A stretch of 64,000 nucleotides of DNA from Candidatus Poriferihabitaceae bacterium (GCA_965214625.1 OZ243962.1:491324-555323); one strand, 5' to 3'; shown: positions 1 through 11,211, counted from the first letter of the stretch. Translations and numbers: made by a program. Notes: a model not told the origin generated them from the sequence alone.

Positions 1-2629
1 GGTCAATCTCTCTCCAGTAACGGGCACTTCGCTCGGATAACCTTTTATCACTGTTCAAGATGCGACTGATCAATCCCTGCTTGGCTTGATCAAATTCAGT
101 CACATCCATCTGACGGAGCATGACTTTAAAATCGAGCAAAAACTGTGAGATCAATCGGTCTATCTCAAGCGGCGAATGGGTGGGGCTTTGTGCCGACAAC
201 AGTAATCCGGGTAATTCCAATATCGGCAAGGAGGTCGCAAACATCAGATATCCGACCTGATTCGTCGTACGAAGCTGGTGATAGTATGGGGATTCAATCA
301 GTTGCCCGAGTAGTACCATTTTTGCTTTTTCCGTAATAGAGATCGCTTCACCTTGAAAATAAATTGTTAAAACAGAATCCGAATGATTGATTTCCAAGGA
401 TCGCAAATAGGGCTTCGCATCCGACAATTTTCGTGGCAACGGCTTTTGAATCGTCTCAATGATCTCACTCTCTTCAAACAGTGCTTCCAACAATGCGGTA
501 CGTTCGCGTGTTTTTTCCAACGTGACATCACCATGTGACAGGACCACGACTTTCACTCGACTCATAAACTCCTTGAGATAGGTCATCAGGTCTTCAATAG
601 AAATACTGTTGATCACCGCAAGGCGCTCTTGTTCCGTCCAGTAAGGCTGTATCACCAGCTGGTACACTTCACGAATACTTTGATCTGAAGGTGATGCCTT
701 CTGACTGTTTATCCATTGGCGTTTCAAATCTGCCTTGATCAATGCCAATTTATCACTGTCAAATTCAGGTTGTGAAACCGCTCCAACGATCATTTCCAAC
801 AACGTTGATTGCCTATCCTCGTAACCATCTATTCGCACAGAGAAACCACGGGAATGCCGATACAATGAATATTCAAGACCGGCCAAATAGGCCGGATAGA
901 TCGCTTTATTGAGCTGCTCATTCCACAGGCGAACCAATATCTCGGTCATCACCCGATGACGGGCGCTCTGATTGGCCACAGGGGACATGACATTGAAATA
1001 AAAACTCGCTCTTGGCGCGTCAAATTCAGAGTCTGCCCGATACCACACTGATAATTTACCGGTATTTTGCTGAAGAACGGGCCTTTCCGAGATGGGCGCA
1101 AGGGGCTGGGCATTCAGGCGTCGTGGTATAAAGGGGTTCGCTTGCGGCAAAGACAGTCGACGATCAACCTGTGTTTGACCCTGACGACTCGACACCCATC
1201 GAGTCACAATGGCCGCTTCCAGCGGTTTGATCGAATAGTCAACATCATAATACTCCGTCTGCATCTCGGTATCGACCTGCTTGGAAACCACCGTCAAGTT
1301 GACATTCTCCGGTGTCAGCCGGGTCAGCATTGTCTTGATAAGATTCACCTTGAATTCATCCATCCGATAGGGCCCCTTGAGAACATCAAAGACCGGATAG
1401 TCATGCAATCGGGATGAGAGCGACTGCACCAGATGACCCGCACTGGTCGTTTGCGCAAACTGAAATGATATCTCGGCCAGCTGGCTTTCTTCGTCATATC
1501 GCCAGCGTTCGATACCCTGATTTTCGATCAGGGCGATATACTGGAATAGAAACTCGCCAATCTCAACGATGCGATTCAGGCCCTCCTCTGTCAGATCAAT
1601 GGACACCATGATGGTGCCATTCACTGCATCCATATACCCTGTGCCGGCACTCAAACGCTCTGCCCACCCCAACTCTTTTAGCAAATTCAACAACGAACCA
1701 TCCCCTTCATGACCCAACAGATTCGCGATATAGCCGACGGGTTTGGATCGGTACTCCTTCATGGTAGAGGGAATGGGAAACTGGAATCTGAGGCTGTTTT
1801 TTTCCTTGTCCGGGAGAATGTTCAACCGTGCAGGCATCAGCTCAGCGTTCATATAGGGTTGATCAAAAACCGGAACCGGGATGTGCTTGTTGGATATCAA
1901 ACCAAAACGCTCTGTGACCCACTGCTGTAATTGATCCAGTGACTGGGGACCCAGCACCACCAGCGTCATGATGTTTGCAGAATAGTATTGCTCATAAAAT
2001 GCGATCAGTTTGTCCCTGGCGCTGGAAGACAGCCTATCTCTCAGCGTATTTTCCGACCCCACCGAGAATCTGGCGGCAGGATGCGTTGGGTCAAGTAACC
2101 GTTTTTCCGCATCCCAGATTCGGCGGCTTTCATTTTTTCTGCGTGCCCGATACTCTGAATGCACAATCGCTCTTTCCCGGTCGACATACAGTGCATCAAA
2201 AGTCGGATCAATAAAGAATCGGGAAAACCGATCCAGCGCGGGCAGCAGCAGGTCGGGCTTGATGCTGAAATAGTAATTGGTATGGTGAGAGGACGTATAC
2301 GCATTGTTACGTCCCCCATTGTTTTTGATAAAACTGTGATAGGCATCTGCCTCAGGATATTTTTTTGTGCCCAGAAACAGCATGTGCTCAAGAAAGTGGG
2401 CTAACCCGTTCCAGTCGCTGGGGTCGGCACTACTCCCGACATGCACATCCAAGGACGCGGCACCATTATCGGCATTCGGATCCGAAATCAATAATACTTT
2501 CAGATCATTGTCCAATATCAGTGCCCGATAGAGTTTCTTATCAAGCGCACTTTGGACGATCATCTCTTGGGCTGTTGCAAAAGGGCTCATAAGAAGGGTA
2601 ATAACGAGAAACAGTCTGCACATGAACAT
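1..2629 (-). CDS. M16-family zinc metalloprotease (pitrilysin/insulinase-like), C-terminal end cut by the window edge
   Basis: Minus-strand frame is open from position 2 to the ATG at 2629. It is absent from the ORF track because there is no stop inside the window. My translation gives a signal-peptide-like N-terminus, MFMCRLFLVITLLMSPFATAQ, then ...DPNADNGAASLDVHVGSSADPSDWNGLAHFLEHMLFLGTKKYPE. HFLEH is the inverted HxxEH zinc motif of M16 peptidases. The frame still reads sensibly at the window edge (...DKRLSERSARYWREID). Confidence 0.8.
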   Translation of the reverse strand, partial: MFMCRLFLVITLLMSPFATAQEMIVQSALDKKLYRALILDNDLKVLLISDPNADNGAASLDVHVGSSADPSDWNGLAHFLEHMLFLGTKKYPEADAYHSFIKNNGGRNNAYTSSHHTNYYFSIKPDLLLPALDRFSRFFIDPTFDALYVDRERAIVHSEYRARRKNESRRIWDAEKRLLDPTHPAARFSVGSENTLRDRLSSSARDKLIAFYEQYYSANIMTLVVLGPQSLDQLQQWVTERFGLISNKHIPVPVFDQPYMNAELMPARLNILPDKEKNSLRFQFPIPSTMKEYRSKPVGYIANLLGHEGDGSLLNLLKELGWAERLSAGTGYMDAVNGTIMVSIDLTEEGLNRIVEIGEFLFQYIALIENQGIERWRYDEESQLAEISFQFAQTTSAGHLVQSLSSRLHDYPVFDVLKGPYRMDEFKVNLIKTMLTRLTPENVNLTVVSKQVDTEMQTEYYDVDYSIKPLEAAIVTRWVSSRQGQTQVDRRLSLPQANPFIPRRLNAQPLAPISERPVLQQNTGKLSVWYRADSEFDAPRASFYFNVMSPVANQSARHRVMTEILVRLWNEQLNKAIYPAYLAGLEYSLYRHSRGFSVRIDGYEDRQSTLLEMIVGAVSQPEFDSDKLALIKADLKRQWINSQKASPSDQSIREVYQLVIQPYWTEQERLAVINSISIEDLMTYLKEFMSRVKVVVLSHGDVTLEKTRERTALLEALFEESEIIETIQKPLPRKLSDAKPYLRSLEINHSDSVLTIYFQGEAISITEKAKMVLLGQLIESPYYHQLRTTNQVGYLMFATSLPILELPGLLLSAQSPTHSPLEIDRLISQFLLDFKVMLRQMDVTEFDQAKQGLISRILNSDKRLSERSARYWREID

Positions 2630-2974
2630 TAGAATTGAAAGAATGAGATTTTGTGGATATTGACCAATTATCGAACCCGTAGTTCGTCCAAATCCAGAAT
2701 CACTGCATTACAATTAATTAACCCTCGTTTCGGTACAGACAGGGTCAGGACTCTCAACCGACCATCAATGCCTGCCTTGCAACGAATCATCAATATCCGT
2801 TGGTCAATCGACTGGCGAGGTGATCATCGGCCTGTGCGGATTATCAACGCATAGCCACTGCACAGCCTTTGCAAAGACGCATGACGGACCATCGAAAATG
2901 CAGACGGGTAGTCACCAAAACGTTTGTTGGTGAACAACCAGAAACCGCACAGAGCCGGACTTCTGATGATCACA

Positions 2975-3051
2975 TGGCGTCCCCAAGGGGATTCGAACCC
3001 CTGTCGCCGCCGTGAAAGGGCGGTGTCCTGGGCCAACTAGACGATGGGGAC
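2975..3051 (-). tRNA. tRNA-Glu (anticodon UUC)
   Basis: Reverse complement is GTCCCCATCGTCTAGTTGGCCCAGGACACCGCCCTTTCACGGCGGCGACAGGGGTTCGAATCCCCTTGGGGACGCCA. It folds as a cloverleaf with anticodon loop CTTTCAC, a TTCGAAT T-loop and an encoded CCA. Confidence 0.95.
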
Positions 3052-3107
3052 AGGACTGAATGTGATCTCTTACTTTCCAGCAACACGGACAACGCTCCGT
3101 TGGAAAC

Positions 3108-3183
3108 TGGTGGAGCCAGGCGGGATCGAACCGCCGACCTCAACACTGCCAGTGTTGCGCTCTCCCATCTGAGCTATGGCCCC
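3108..3183 (-). tRNA. tRNA-Ala (anticodon GGC)
   Basis: Reverse complement is GGGGCCATAGCTCAGATGGGAGAGCGCAACACTGGCAGTGTTGAGGTCGGCGGTTCGATCCCGCCTGGCTCCACCA. It has the G3:U70 alanine identity pair, anticodon loop CTGGCAG and an encoded CCA. Confidence 0.95.
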
Positions 3184-3221
3184 GAAGAGGGCGTGTATTC
3201 TACGATTACATTCCTGCTCAA

Positions 3222-4640
3222 TCAAGCGTTATTTTTCGCTCTGTGCTCCATAAAGGACAACGCCGCACTGATCCGTTGTAAAGCACGTTCGCAACCGACC
3301 AGTTCAACGGTAATATCAATGGGGGGGGTGGCAGCGGAACCCGAAATCGCCACTCTCAGGGGTTGCGCGATTTTCCCAAGCTTGACATCCTGTTCCTGCA
3401 TAACCGACTGGATTGCCTGAGAGATGGCATCCCGATGCCAGTCGGAAAGTTGTGACAGTTTTTCCTTCAGTGAACGAAGCAATGGCAAGGCAACCGGCCG
3501 CAGATGCGCCTTTGCTGCCGCGAGATCATACTGCTCGAAATCCTGATACAGATACACGATCTTATCCACCATTTCTTCCAACGTCCTTGCCCTATCGCGA
3601 ACCAGTTCAACCACCTCTAGAATATCGGGACCACAAGACAAACCGATGCCCCGGTTATTCAGGCGCTTGGCCAGTTCTTTAGCCAAGCGCTCCTTATTCG
3701 CTGACTTCAAATAGTACTGGTTGATCCAAAGCAATTTATCCACATCAAAGGTCGCCGCCGACTTATTGATCTCGGTCAGGTCGAACAGTTCAATCATTTC
3801 ATCCCGATCAAAAATTTCCTGATCACCATGCGACCAGCCAAGACGGACCAGATAGTTAAGCAGTGACTCAGGCAAGATGCCCATGTCACGATACTCCTGC
3901 ACACTGAGCGCACCGTTACGCTTGGAAAGTCGTTGCCCATCCGGTCCGTGGATCAGGGGCACGTGTGCAAATACCGGCACGGATGCCTTCAGCGCCTGAA
4001 AAATATTGATCTGTCTCGGGGTATTATTGGTATGGTCATCCCCCCTGATCACATGCGTGATACCCATATCAATATCATCAACCACAGCCGTCAAATTATA
4101 GGTCGGCGAGTGATCGCTCCGGGCGATAACCAGATCATCCATCTCCTTGTTTGCAACAGATACTCGGCCCCGAATCACATCATCAAACTCCACCGACCCG
4201 CTCAATGGATTTTTAAATCGAACAATGGGACGTTCCGTCTCCTTTGGCAATCGATTCAGCTGTCGGCAATGATGATCATATTTCGGTTTTTCACCGCACC
4301 GTTTTTGTTTTTCTCTCACCGCTTCCAGCCTTTCCTTACTGCAAAAACAGTAATACGCATCCTTTTGTACCAGCAGTTGATTGATCACCTCGGTATAACG
4401 GGCATATCGTTTGGTCTGGAAACAAGGGCCCCGGTTCCATGTCAGCCCCAACCATTTGAGAGCATCAAGGATCATGTCGGTGGCTTCCTGGCTTGAGCGA
4501 ATCTGATCCGTATCTTCTATTCTGAGCACCATCTCACCGCCGGTTTTTCTGGCATACAACCAGTTAAACAGCGCGGTTCTGGCCCCACCGACATGCAAAT
4601 AACCGGTCGGACTGGGGGGGAATCGGGTAACAGTGGACAT
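3222..4640 (-). CDS. gltX: glutamyl-tRNA synthetase
   Basis: 472-aa ORF. It has the class I HIGH region (PSPTGYLHVGGARTALFNW), a KMSKS-type RLSKRNG, and GluRS-like sequence throughout. Confidence 0.95.
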   Translation of the reverse strand: MSTVTRFPPSPTGYLHVGGARTALFNWLYARKTGGEMVLRIEDTDQIRSSQEATDMILDALKWLGLTWNRGPCFQTKRYARYTEVINQLLVQKDAYYCFCSKERLEAVREKQKRCGEKPKYDHHCRQLNRLPKETERPIVRFKNPLSGSVEFDDVIRGRVSVANKEMDDLVIARSDHSPTYNLTAVVDDIDMGITHVIRGDDHTNNTPRQINIFQALKASVPVFAHVPLIHGPDGQRLSKRNGALSVQEYRDMGILPESLLNYLVRLGWSHGDQEIFDRDEMIELFDLTEINKSAATFDVDKLLWINQYYLKSANKERLAKELAKRLNNRGIGLSCGPDILEVVELVRDRARTLEEMVDKIVYLYQDFEQYDLAAAKAHLRPVALPLLRSLKEKLSQLSDWHRDAISQAIQSVMQEQDVKLGKIAQPLRVAISGSAATPPIDITVELVGCERALQRISAALSFMEHRAKNNA

Positions 4641-4825
4641 GTCGGGACTAAAATGTCAAAAGCCGGTGCATTTTAATCAAACCAAGCTGCCCATACCAGA
4701 GGAATTGATCCATTTCGAAGTCGTTTCACACCATTGCCTCGACAATTTCAAACCATTGATGACAACGGGCCCGTTAGGTTAAAACCGAGACAAAATCGAC
4801 GACCCACCTGACGCCTGATACCAGG

Positions 4826-5941
4826 CTACGGGTTTTCCCTCGCGACTGCCTCGGCCAGACAACGGCTTTTCACCTTGAGTTCCTGTGGTGTAAATACCAT
4901 TTTCCCGTTTTCCGATCGAAATGCGGCAATCCACCTGAGCAGCATGTTTTTGGCCCGCTGACTGTTTAAGAAACGGGATTGGGAGATCACCGTTTCAAGA
5001 GGACTGTCAAGCCGGATGGCCTGGTAATAGCCGCCGGCCAGACCAAAAGCGGTATTGGCACAGGCCGCAATATCCGCTTCAGCACAGGCGGCACGACAGA
5101 CATTTGCAAAGGGAACCGTTTGGGGTGCACTCAGAATCCATTGGGTGATGTCATTGTAATACGGGCTGTCTGCGCCATAGTTCAGCGTCCTCGCGCCAGC
5201 TTGATAACCAACACCGACAAATTGCAGCACAGACCGCAGATTTGCATTGTCCCCGACAGCAATGGTTTCCGGTTCGACCCCATGAACAGCGGCAATCATA
5301 GACTGCAGCGCGGTTTTTGAAGGCGTCAATCCATCGCGTGCCAATCGAAAAGCACGCAGATAAGGGGCCAGTTCAGCATGCCGCGGAAGAAAACGGGCCA
5401 GTGCCCGTCTGTCATCCGGCGAACCGTCCGCTGCCATTTTCTTGACCCGGTGTTCTGCGGCCTCCCGCTCCCCCACCTCATAAAGGCGACGAATCGACGA
5501 AAGGCTAATGCCCAATGCACTCCCGTCAAACAGAATTTGTGCCAAGGGGGTGCCTTGATCACTCTCCACTTTTAACCAACTCCTGTGAAAAACAGCCTGC
5601 TTGTCGACCTCTGAGCGAAACAGGGCAAGTCGCTGTGACCGCGAAAGCCCTTGCACATAGTCAGAGGGAGCCCGATCCGTCATTTCGATGCGAGACAACA
5701 ACAATCGGGCCGCCGTATTATTCTGTCGTGCCAAATTCGAAAGCATCGGGAGACTGTCGACATCATTATCCTCAAGCCACCTCTCAACGGCATCCTCAAA
5801 CAACGGAACATCCATCCCTGGAATCAGTGCGGCTTGGGAGGATCCCGACAGGCCCATGCTGATGACAAAAAACACCATGGACAGGCATCGGCCAAATCGT
5901 TTTTGCATCATGACACGCTTGCTATCAGTAGAAAAAACCAT
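4826..5941 (-). CDS. hypothetical exported protein (no recognised domain)
   Basis: 371-aa ORF with a signal-peptide-like N-terminus (MMQKRFGRCLSMVFFVISMGLSGSSQA/AL). Amino-acid composition is protein-like and there is a Cys-rich stretch (CRAACAEADIAACANTAFG). I do not recognise the family. Confidence 0.6.
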   Translation of the reverse strand: MVFSTDSKRVMMQKRFGRCLSMVFFVISMGLSGSSQAALIPGMDVPLFEDAVERWLEDNDVDSLPMLSNLARQNNTAARLLLSRIEMTDRAPSDYVQGLSRSQRLALFRSEVDKQAVFHRSWLKVESDQGTPLAQILFDGSALGISLSSIRRLYEVGEREAAEHRVKKMAADGSPDDRRALARFLPRHAELAPYLRAFRLARDGLTPSKTALQSMIAAVHGVEPETIAVGDNANLRSVLQFVGVGYQAGARTLNYGADSPYYNDITQWILSAPQTVPFANVCRAACAEADIAACANTAFGLAGGYYQAIRLDSPLETVISQSRFLNSQRAKNMLLRWIAAFRSENGKMVFTPQELKVKSRCLAEAVARENP

Positions 5942-6227
5942 CCGAGTCGAATGCAGACAGACCCGTATGGGGATTGAAGTCTGCCATCAGATATCCTCAC
6001 ACACCATACCCCATCGATTAATGAAAAACCACTGCGGGTACTTGCGTTGGCACCGTGTGCCGCAAATCCTTGAACATCACTGGACAAACCGAGCCGACCG
6101 GACGAGTTGAGCCGATTCGTTAACGTCGACAGGCTACCCGCATCCGCGAATGCGGGATACCGGGATGGGGTCTGGTACCCGCACATGCCCTGTCTCCTTG
6201 TAATCCGATATCACCATACTGGATCAA

Positions 6228-6304
6228 TGGTCGGGGTGAGAGGATTTGAACCTCCGACCACCGCAACCCCATTGCGGTGCGCTACCAGGCTGCGCTACAC
6301 CCCG
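6228..6304 (-). tRNA. tRNA-Pro (anticodon GGG)
   Basis: Reverse complement is CGGGGTGTAGCGCAGCCTGGTAGCGCACCGCAATGGGGTTGCGGTGGTCGGAGGTTCAAATCCTCTCACCCCGACCA, with anticodon loop ATGGGGT and an encoded CCA. Confidence 0.95.
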
Positions 6305-6357
6305 TAACCGTTCCAAAGAACGTGGGTAGACAGAGAGCCGATCCGAGAACCAACCGA

Positions 6358-6738
6358 TCAGGCAAGTATTTCAGTCACCTCGTTCAGTTCGTCAATCAAC
6401 TGGGAAATCATCTTGGCCGTGGCCTTGCCGGCGTCCATCGAGAGCACTTCGGTCTCTTTCTCTGATTCCATCTGTTCAATTCGAGTACGCGCACCAGAAA
6501 TAGTAAAACCCTCGACATACAGTAATTTCCTGATTGTACGGATAAGCTTTACTTCATGACGCTGATAATAGCGTCGATTGCCCCTTCGCTTGACCGGCTT
6601 GAGACTCGGGAATTCCTGCTCCCAGTACCGCAGCACATGCGGCTTGACCTCGCATAGCTTGCTGACTTCACCAATCGCGAAATAGCGTTTAGTGGGAATC
6701 GGAGGCAACTCAAAACCACTGGGATCCAACATGGTCAT
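6358..6738 (-). CDS. MerR-family transcriptional regulator (the conserved gene downstream of ihfA)
   Basis: 126-aa ORF with an N-terminal MerR-type HTH (KRYFAIGEVSKLCEVKPHVLRYWEQEFPSLKPVKRRGNRRYY). It starts 2 nt after the ihfA stop. Confidence 0.8.
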   Translation of the reverse strand: MTMLDPSGFELPPIPTKRYFAIGEVSKLCEVKPHVLRYWEQEFPSLKPVKRRGNRRYYQRHEVKLIRTIRKLLYVEGFTISGARTRIEQMESEKETEVLSMDAGKATAKMISQLIDELNEVTEILA

Positions 6739-6739
6739 T

Positions 6740-7057
6740 TCACTGACGCCCCAGTCGCTGGGTTAATTCAAACGAGTTTTTAATCACACTTTTTTTCAGT
6801 TTCTGACTTGACCTGAATGTCACAACCCGTCTCGCCGATATGGTAACTTCCTCACCGGTTTTGGGATTCCGCCCCGGCCTTGAAGGCTTGTCTCTTAATG
6901 TAAAGCTGCCAAAACCGGACAATTTGACAGAGACCCCGTTTTCCAGTGAGTGACGGATTTTCTCGAAAAAAATCTCTACAAAATCTTTCGCTTCCCGTTT
7001 GTTGAGCCCTACCTCATCAAACAGGATATTGCTCAGTTCTGCTTTGGTGATTGTCAT
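6740..7057 (-). CDS. ihfA: integration host factor subunit alpha
   Basis: 105 aa with the HU/IHF fold signature [24 protein letters not shown]. It sits in the conserved position after pheT. Confidence 0.93.
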   Translation of the reverse strand: MTITKAELSNILFDEVGLNKREAKDFVEIFFEKIRHSLENGVSVKLSGFGSFTLRDKPSRPGRNPKTGEEVTISARRVVTFRSSQKLKKSVIKNSFELTQRLGRQ

Positions 7058-7078
7058 TTTCCGTACTCTCGTAGCACT

Positions 7079-9478
7079 TTACGCCCGTAACGTCGCTCCG
7101 AATCCAGCCATCAGGACTTTTAGAATTTTGTTTATAATCAAGTCGACTTCCGAGGATATAAGATTGCTTGATTCAGACTGGAAGGTCAAGCTGAAAGCAA
7201 AACTTTTCTTGTTTTTTTCAATCTGCTCACCCTGATAAATATCGAAAAGCTCCAGCCGGCGCAAAAATTCTCCCCCGGTTGACTGAATGGACTGAAGCAG
7301 TTTATCCGCTTCGACATCCCGGTCAACCAATACTGCGATGTCACGTTGAACCGATGGAAAGCGTGAAAGATTGCGAAATAACGGAACAGCGGACTCTGTG
7401 AAGATCGACTGGTCCGCTTCCATCAGGAAAACCGGTTGGTCAATGTCGAACACGTTGTGGAAAATCGGGTGAAGTTGACCCATATATCCGACAGTACGTT
7501 CCTCAACCCGAATAACACCTGTCCGACCAGGATGAAGTGCCGCATGTGTCCCTGATTCAATCTGCAAACGGTCTGTCGGAATACCAAGGCTGAAGAAGAG
7601 TGCTTCAAGGTCTCCTTTCAGGTCAAAAAAGTCCGCATCACGAGGGAGTGTCGCCCATTGCTTGGGAGCGGCAAGGCCTGTAATAGCTGCCGCGACTTTC
7701 CCCGTTTCGATGATTTTAGCGGTATCCCCGTCTATCACGAAAACATGTCCCACCTCAAATAGGCGCACACAGTCCTCCTGTCGATTAAGGTTATTGCGAA
7801 CCACTTCCAGCAGACCGGGCCAGAGGCTTTTGCGCATCACAGACATGGCTTCACTGATCGGGTTGCGCAATGGAACACTGCAGGTGGTCCCAAGCAACGT
7901 GTCTTGCATAGCTGAATTCACGAAACTGTACGTGACCACTTCCCGATAACCCCGTGCAACCATTTGCTGCTTTAGCCGAAACTCAGGAATGGCGGATTCA
8001 TGTTGCTGGCCGACCAGAGCTTCCACCGTGGGTATTGTCGGTTCTATCCGGTCATATCCATAACAGCGTCCCACCTCTTCAACCAGATCATGGGCACCGA
8101 CAAGATCAAATCGCCAACTCGGTGGGGTCACTCTCCATCCACCAGGGGCGGTCCTCACCTCCATTCCCAACCGCTGGAGCACGGCACTCGTTTCGGAAGG
8201 TGGAATCATCACACCGAGCGTCCGTGTGATTTGCTGTGTATTGAGTCGGATGGATTTTTTTCTCGGTACGTGTTGACGCGAGACGACATGGCTCACGGGG
8301 CCAGGCTCACCGCCAGCGATCGCCACAAGCAATTCGGTTGCCCTTTCCATTGCATCTTGTTGCAGCCGACTGTCGACGCCGCGTTCAAACCGATGGGAGG
8401 CTTCCGTGTGCAATCCAAAATGACGCGCCTTGCCAATAATGGCAGACGGTGCAAAAAAAGCCGCCTCCAGATAGACGTTTTGCGTGTTTTCACTGATCGC
8501 GGAATGTGCACCACCCATGATACCGGCCAGTGCCACCGCCCGCTTCGCATCGGCAATCACCAGAAAGTCAGGCCGCAGTGTGATTTCCCGATCATCCAGC
8601 AGCACCAGTTTCTCCCACGGCCTCGCCATACGAACACTCAGCCCACCATGGAGTCTGTCAAGATCGAATGCGTGCATCGGTTGTCCATACTCCAGCATCA
8701 CATAGTTGGTCACATCAACGATCGCATTGATACTCCTGAGACCACTCTTTCTCAAACGACTTGCCATCCAGTCAGGGGATTTTGCCTTCATGTCGATATG
8801 GCAAACTGCTCGACCGACAAATCTGGGACAGGCCTCCGGTGCGTCCAGTGCAATACTAAGAGAAGATTGATTGACGGATCGTATTTTCTTGGCTTTATCT
8901 GTCTTTTCCGAATTGAGGGGCACTTGCTCCAGTGCGGATATTTCTCTTGCTATTCCCCGTATACTGAGACAGTCCCCCCGATTGGGCGTCAATTCCAACC
9001 CAAACAGGAAATCCGAAAGATCAAGGTATCTGCTGACCTTTTGCCCTACCGGCGCCTCTGCATCAAATATCATCAGATCATCGGACTGCTCTGACAGACC
9101 GAGTTCAGCCGCTGAACACAGCATGCCGCTCGACTTCACGCCATGAATAACACGATCACTGACAGTGACATCCCGTAACCGGGCGTTTTTCAACGCCACC
9201 GCAACCTTCGCTCCCTCACAGACATTCGGTGCACCACAGACAATTCTGACGGGTCGTTTCCTCCCTATATGGACTGTGCAAATTGTCAACCGGTCCGCAT
9301 GGGGATGGGGCTTGACCGCCGTGATCTCACCCACAACAAGCCGCCTAGGATCAAAATCACAATCGGCCAACCCCGCACTCTCGACTTCCAGACCGGCATA
9401 GGTCAGTTTTTCGGCCAACACGAATGCAGCGGATTCGGGAACGACCCACTCCTTCAACCAAGACAGACTGATCTTCAT
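7079..9478 (-). CDS. pheT: phenylalanyl-tRNA synthetase beta subunit
   Basis: 799-aa ORF of typical PheT length. N-terminal tRNA-binding domain (MKISLSWLKEWV...). Directly downstream of pheS. Confidence 0.95.
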   Translation of the reverse strand: MKISLSWLKEWVVPESAAFVLAEKLTYAGLEVESAGLADCDFDPRRLVVGEITAVKPHPHADRLTICTVHIGRKRPVRIVCGAPNVCEGAKVAVALKNARLRDVTVSDRVIHGVKSSGMLCSAAELGLSEQSDDLMIFDAEAPVGQKVSRYLDLSDFLFGLELTPNRGDCLSIRGIAREISALEQVPLNSEKTDKAKKIRSVNQSSLSIALDAPEACPRFVGRAVCHIDMKAKSPDWMASRLRKSGLRSINAIVDVTNYVMLEYGQPMHAFDLDRLHGGLSVRMARPWEKLVLLDDREITLRPDFLVIADAKRAVALAGIMGGAHSAISENTQNVYLEAAFFAPSAIIGKARHFGLHTEASHRFERGVDSRLQQDAMERATELLVAIAGGEPGPVSHVVSRQHVPRKKSIRLNTQQITRTLGVMIPPSETSAVLQRLGMEVRTAPGGWRVTPPSWRFDLVGAHDLVEEVGRCYGYDRIEPTIPTVEALVGQQHESAIPEFRLKQQMVARGYREVVTYSFVNSAMQDTLLGTTCSVPLRNPISEAMSVMRKSLWPGLLEVVRNNLNRQEDCVRLFEVGHVFVIDGDTAKIIETGKVAAAITGLAAPKQWATLPRDADFFDLKGDLEALFFSLGIPTDRLQIESGTHAALHPGRTGVIRVEERTVGYMGQLHPIFHNVFDIDQPVFLMEADQSIFTESAVPLFRNLSRFPSVQRDIAVLVDRDVEADKLLQSIQSTGGEFLRRLELFDIYQGEQIEKNKKSFAFSLTFQSESSNLISSEVDLIINKILKVLMAGFGATLRA

Positions 9479-9490
9479 TGTATCGGCCGA

Positions 9491-10525
<1,035 letters not shown>

Positions 10526-10641
10526 TTATCAGATATGTCATTTCAAACAGATAGCAGCCTTTATTGAACTGATTCAATATAAAAATCCATCTACTCCAAC
10601 GACTGCACTTCGTTCAGCTCCGATGGGCCGGCCGACGAAGA

Positions 10642-11001
10642 TCAACTGGCCAGGGCTTGTTTGGCTTGCTCCGCCAGTGCGTGAAATGCCCGCTTGTCAT
10701 TCACGGCAAGTTCCGCCAGCACCTTCCGGTCAAGTTCAACCGATGCCTTGTTCAGTCCGGAAATAAAGCGACTATAGCTCAATCCATGTTCACGAGCTGC
10801 CGCATTGATGCGGACAATCCAAAGTGCCCGGAATTGGCGTTTTCGCTGTCGACGGTCCCGATAGGCATATTGTCCGGCCCGGTCAACGGCCTGTTTGGCA
10901 ACTTTGTAGACCCGGCTTCGGGCACCCCGGTATCCCTTGGCCTGCTTGAGAATTTTCTTGTGTCTTGCTTTGGCAACAACACCTCGTTTGACGCGTGGCA
11001 T
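10642..11001 (-). CDS. rplT: 50S ribosomal protein L20
   Basis: 119 aa: [39 protein letters not shown]... Confidence 0.97.
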   Translation of the reverse strand: MPRVKRGVVAKARHKKILKQAKGYRGARSRVYKVAKQAVDRAGQYAYRDRRQRKRQFRALWIVRINAAAREHGLSYSRFISGLNKASVELDRKVLAELAVNDKRAFHALAEQAKQALAS

Positions 11002-11013
11002 GTCCTCTTCTCC

Positions 11014-11211
11014 CTAGCTGTACGGTAACATTTGCTTGACAGACGCGCGGTCGGCTGCATTGATCAGCGCCCCTGACCGAAGTTGTCGCTTCCGCTTGGT
11101 CGATTTCTTGGTCAGAATATGGCGCAGATGTGACTGTGACCGTTTGAACTTGCCTGTGGCCGTTCTCTTAAAACGCTTCAGTGCACCACGATTTGTTTTC
11201 AGTTTTGGCAT
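11014..11211 (-). CDS. rpmI: 50S ribosomal protein L35
   Basis: [46 protein letters not shown] chose the internal ATG at 11211, which is preceded by GGAGA. The track ORF extends to 11253, and that 14-aa extension is unlike L35. Confidence 0.9.
   Translation of the reverse strand: MPKLKTNRGALKRFKRTATGKFKRSQSHLRHILTKKSTKRKRQLRSGALINAADRASVKQMLPYS

Noticed and set aside
2912-2933. Hairpin TCACCAA-N8-TTGGTGA downstream of tRNA-Glu, and a similar hairpin ACTGTCGA-N10-TCGACAGT (about 50645-50670) just after hflX.
   Set aside because: Neither is followed by a U-run on the relevant strand, so I cannot call them intrinsic terminators. They may still be processing or Rho-related sites.
4641-6304. The segment holding the orphan gene, bounded by tRNA-Pro upstream and gltX-tRNA-Ala-tRNA-Glu downstream, considered as a possible genomic islet inserted at tRNA-Pro.
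   Set aside because: There is no integrase and no direct repeat of the tRNA 3' end. I see no compositional shift by eye. It holds only one gene, so there is not enough evidence for mobility.
8000-9094. A 364-aa ORF antisense to pheT. Similar long antisense ORFs occur at 3933-4496 (gltX), 32703-33383 (GT fusion), 37282-37920 (hldA/hldD), 44330-44974 (aroA), 45940-46518 (tyrA), 46789-47481 (pheA) and 58845-59444 (nnr).
   Set aside because: Each lies opposite a gene with unmistakable homology. Their translations are His/Cys/Arg/Pro-rich with no recognisable motifs. None has a convincing ribosome-binding site. The recurrence across many genes points to ordinary shadow ORFs generated by codon periodicity, not to overprinted genes.
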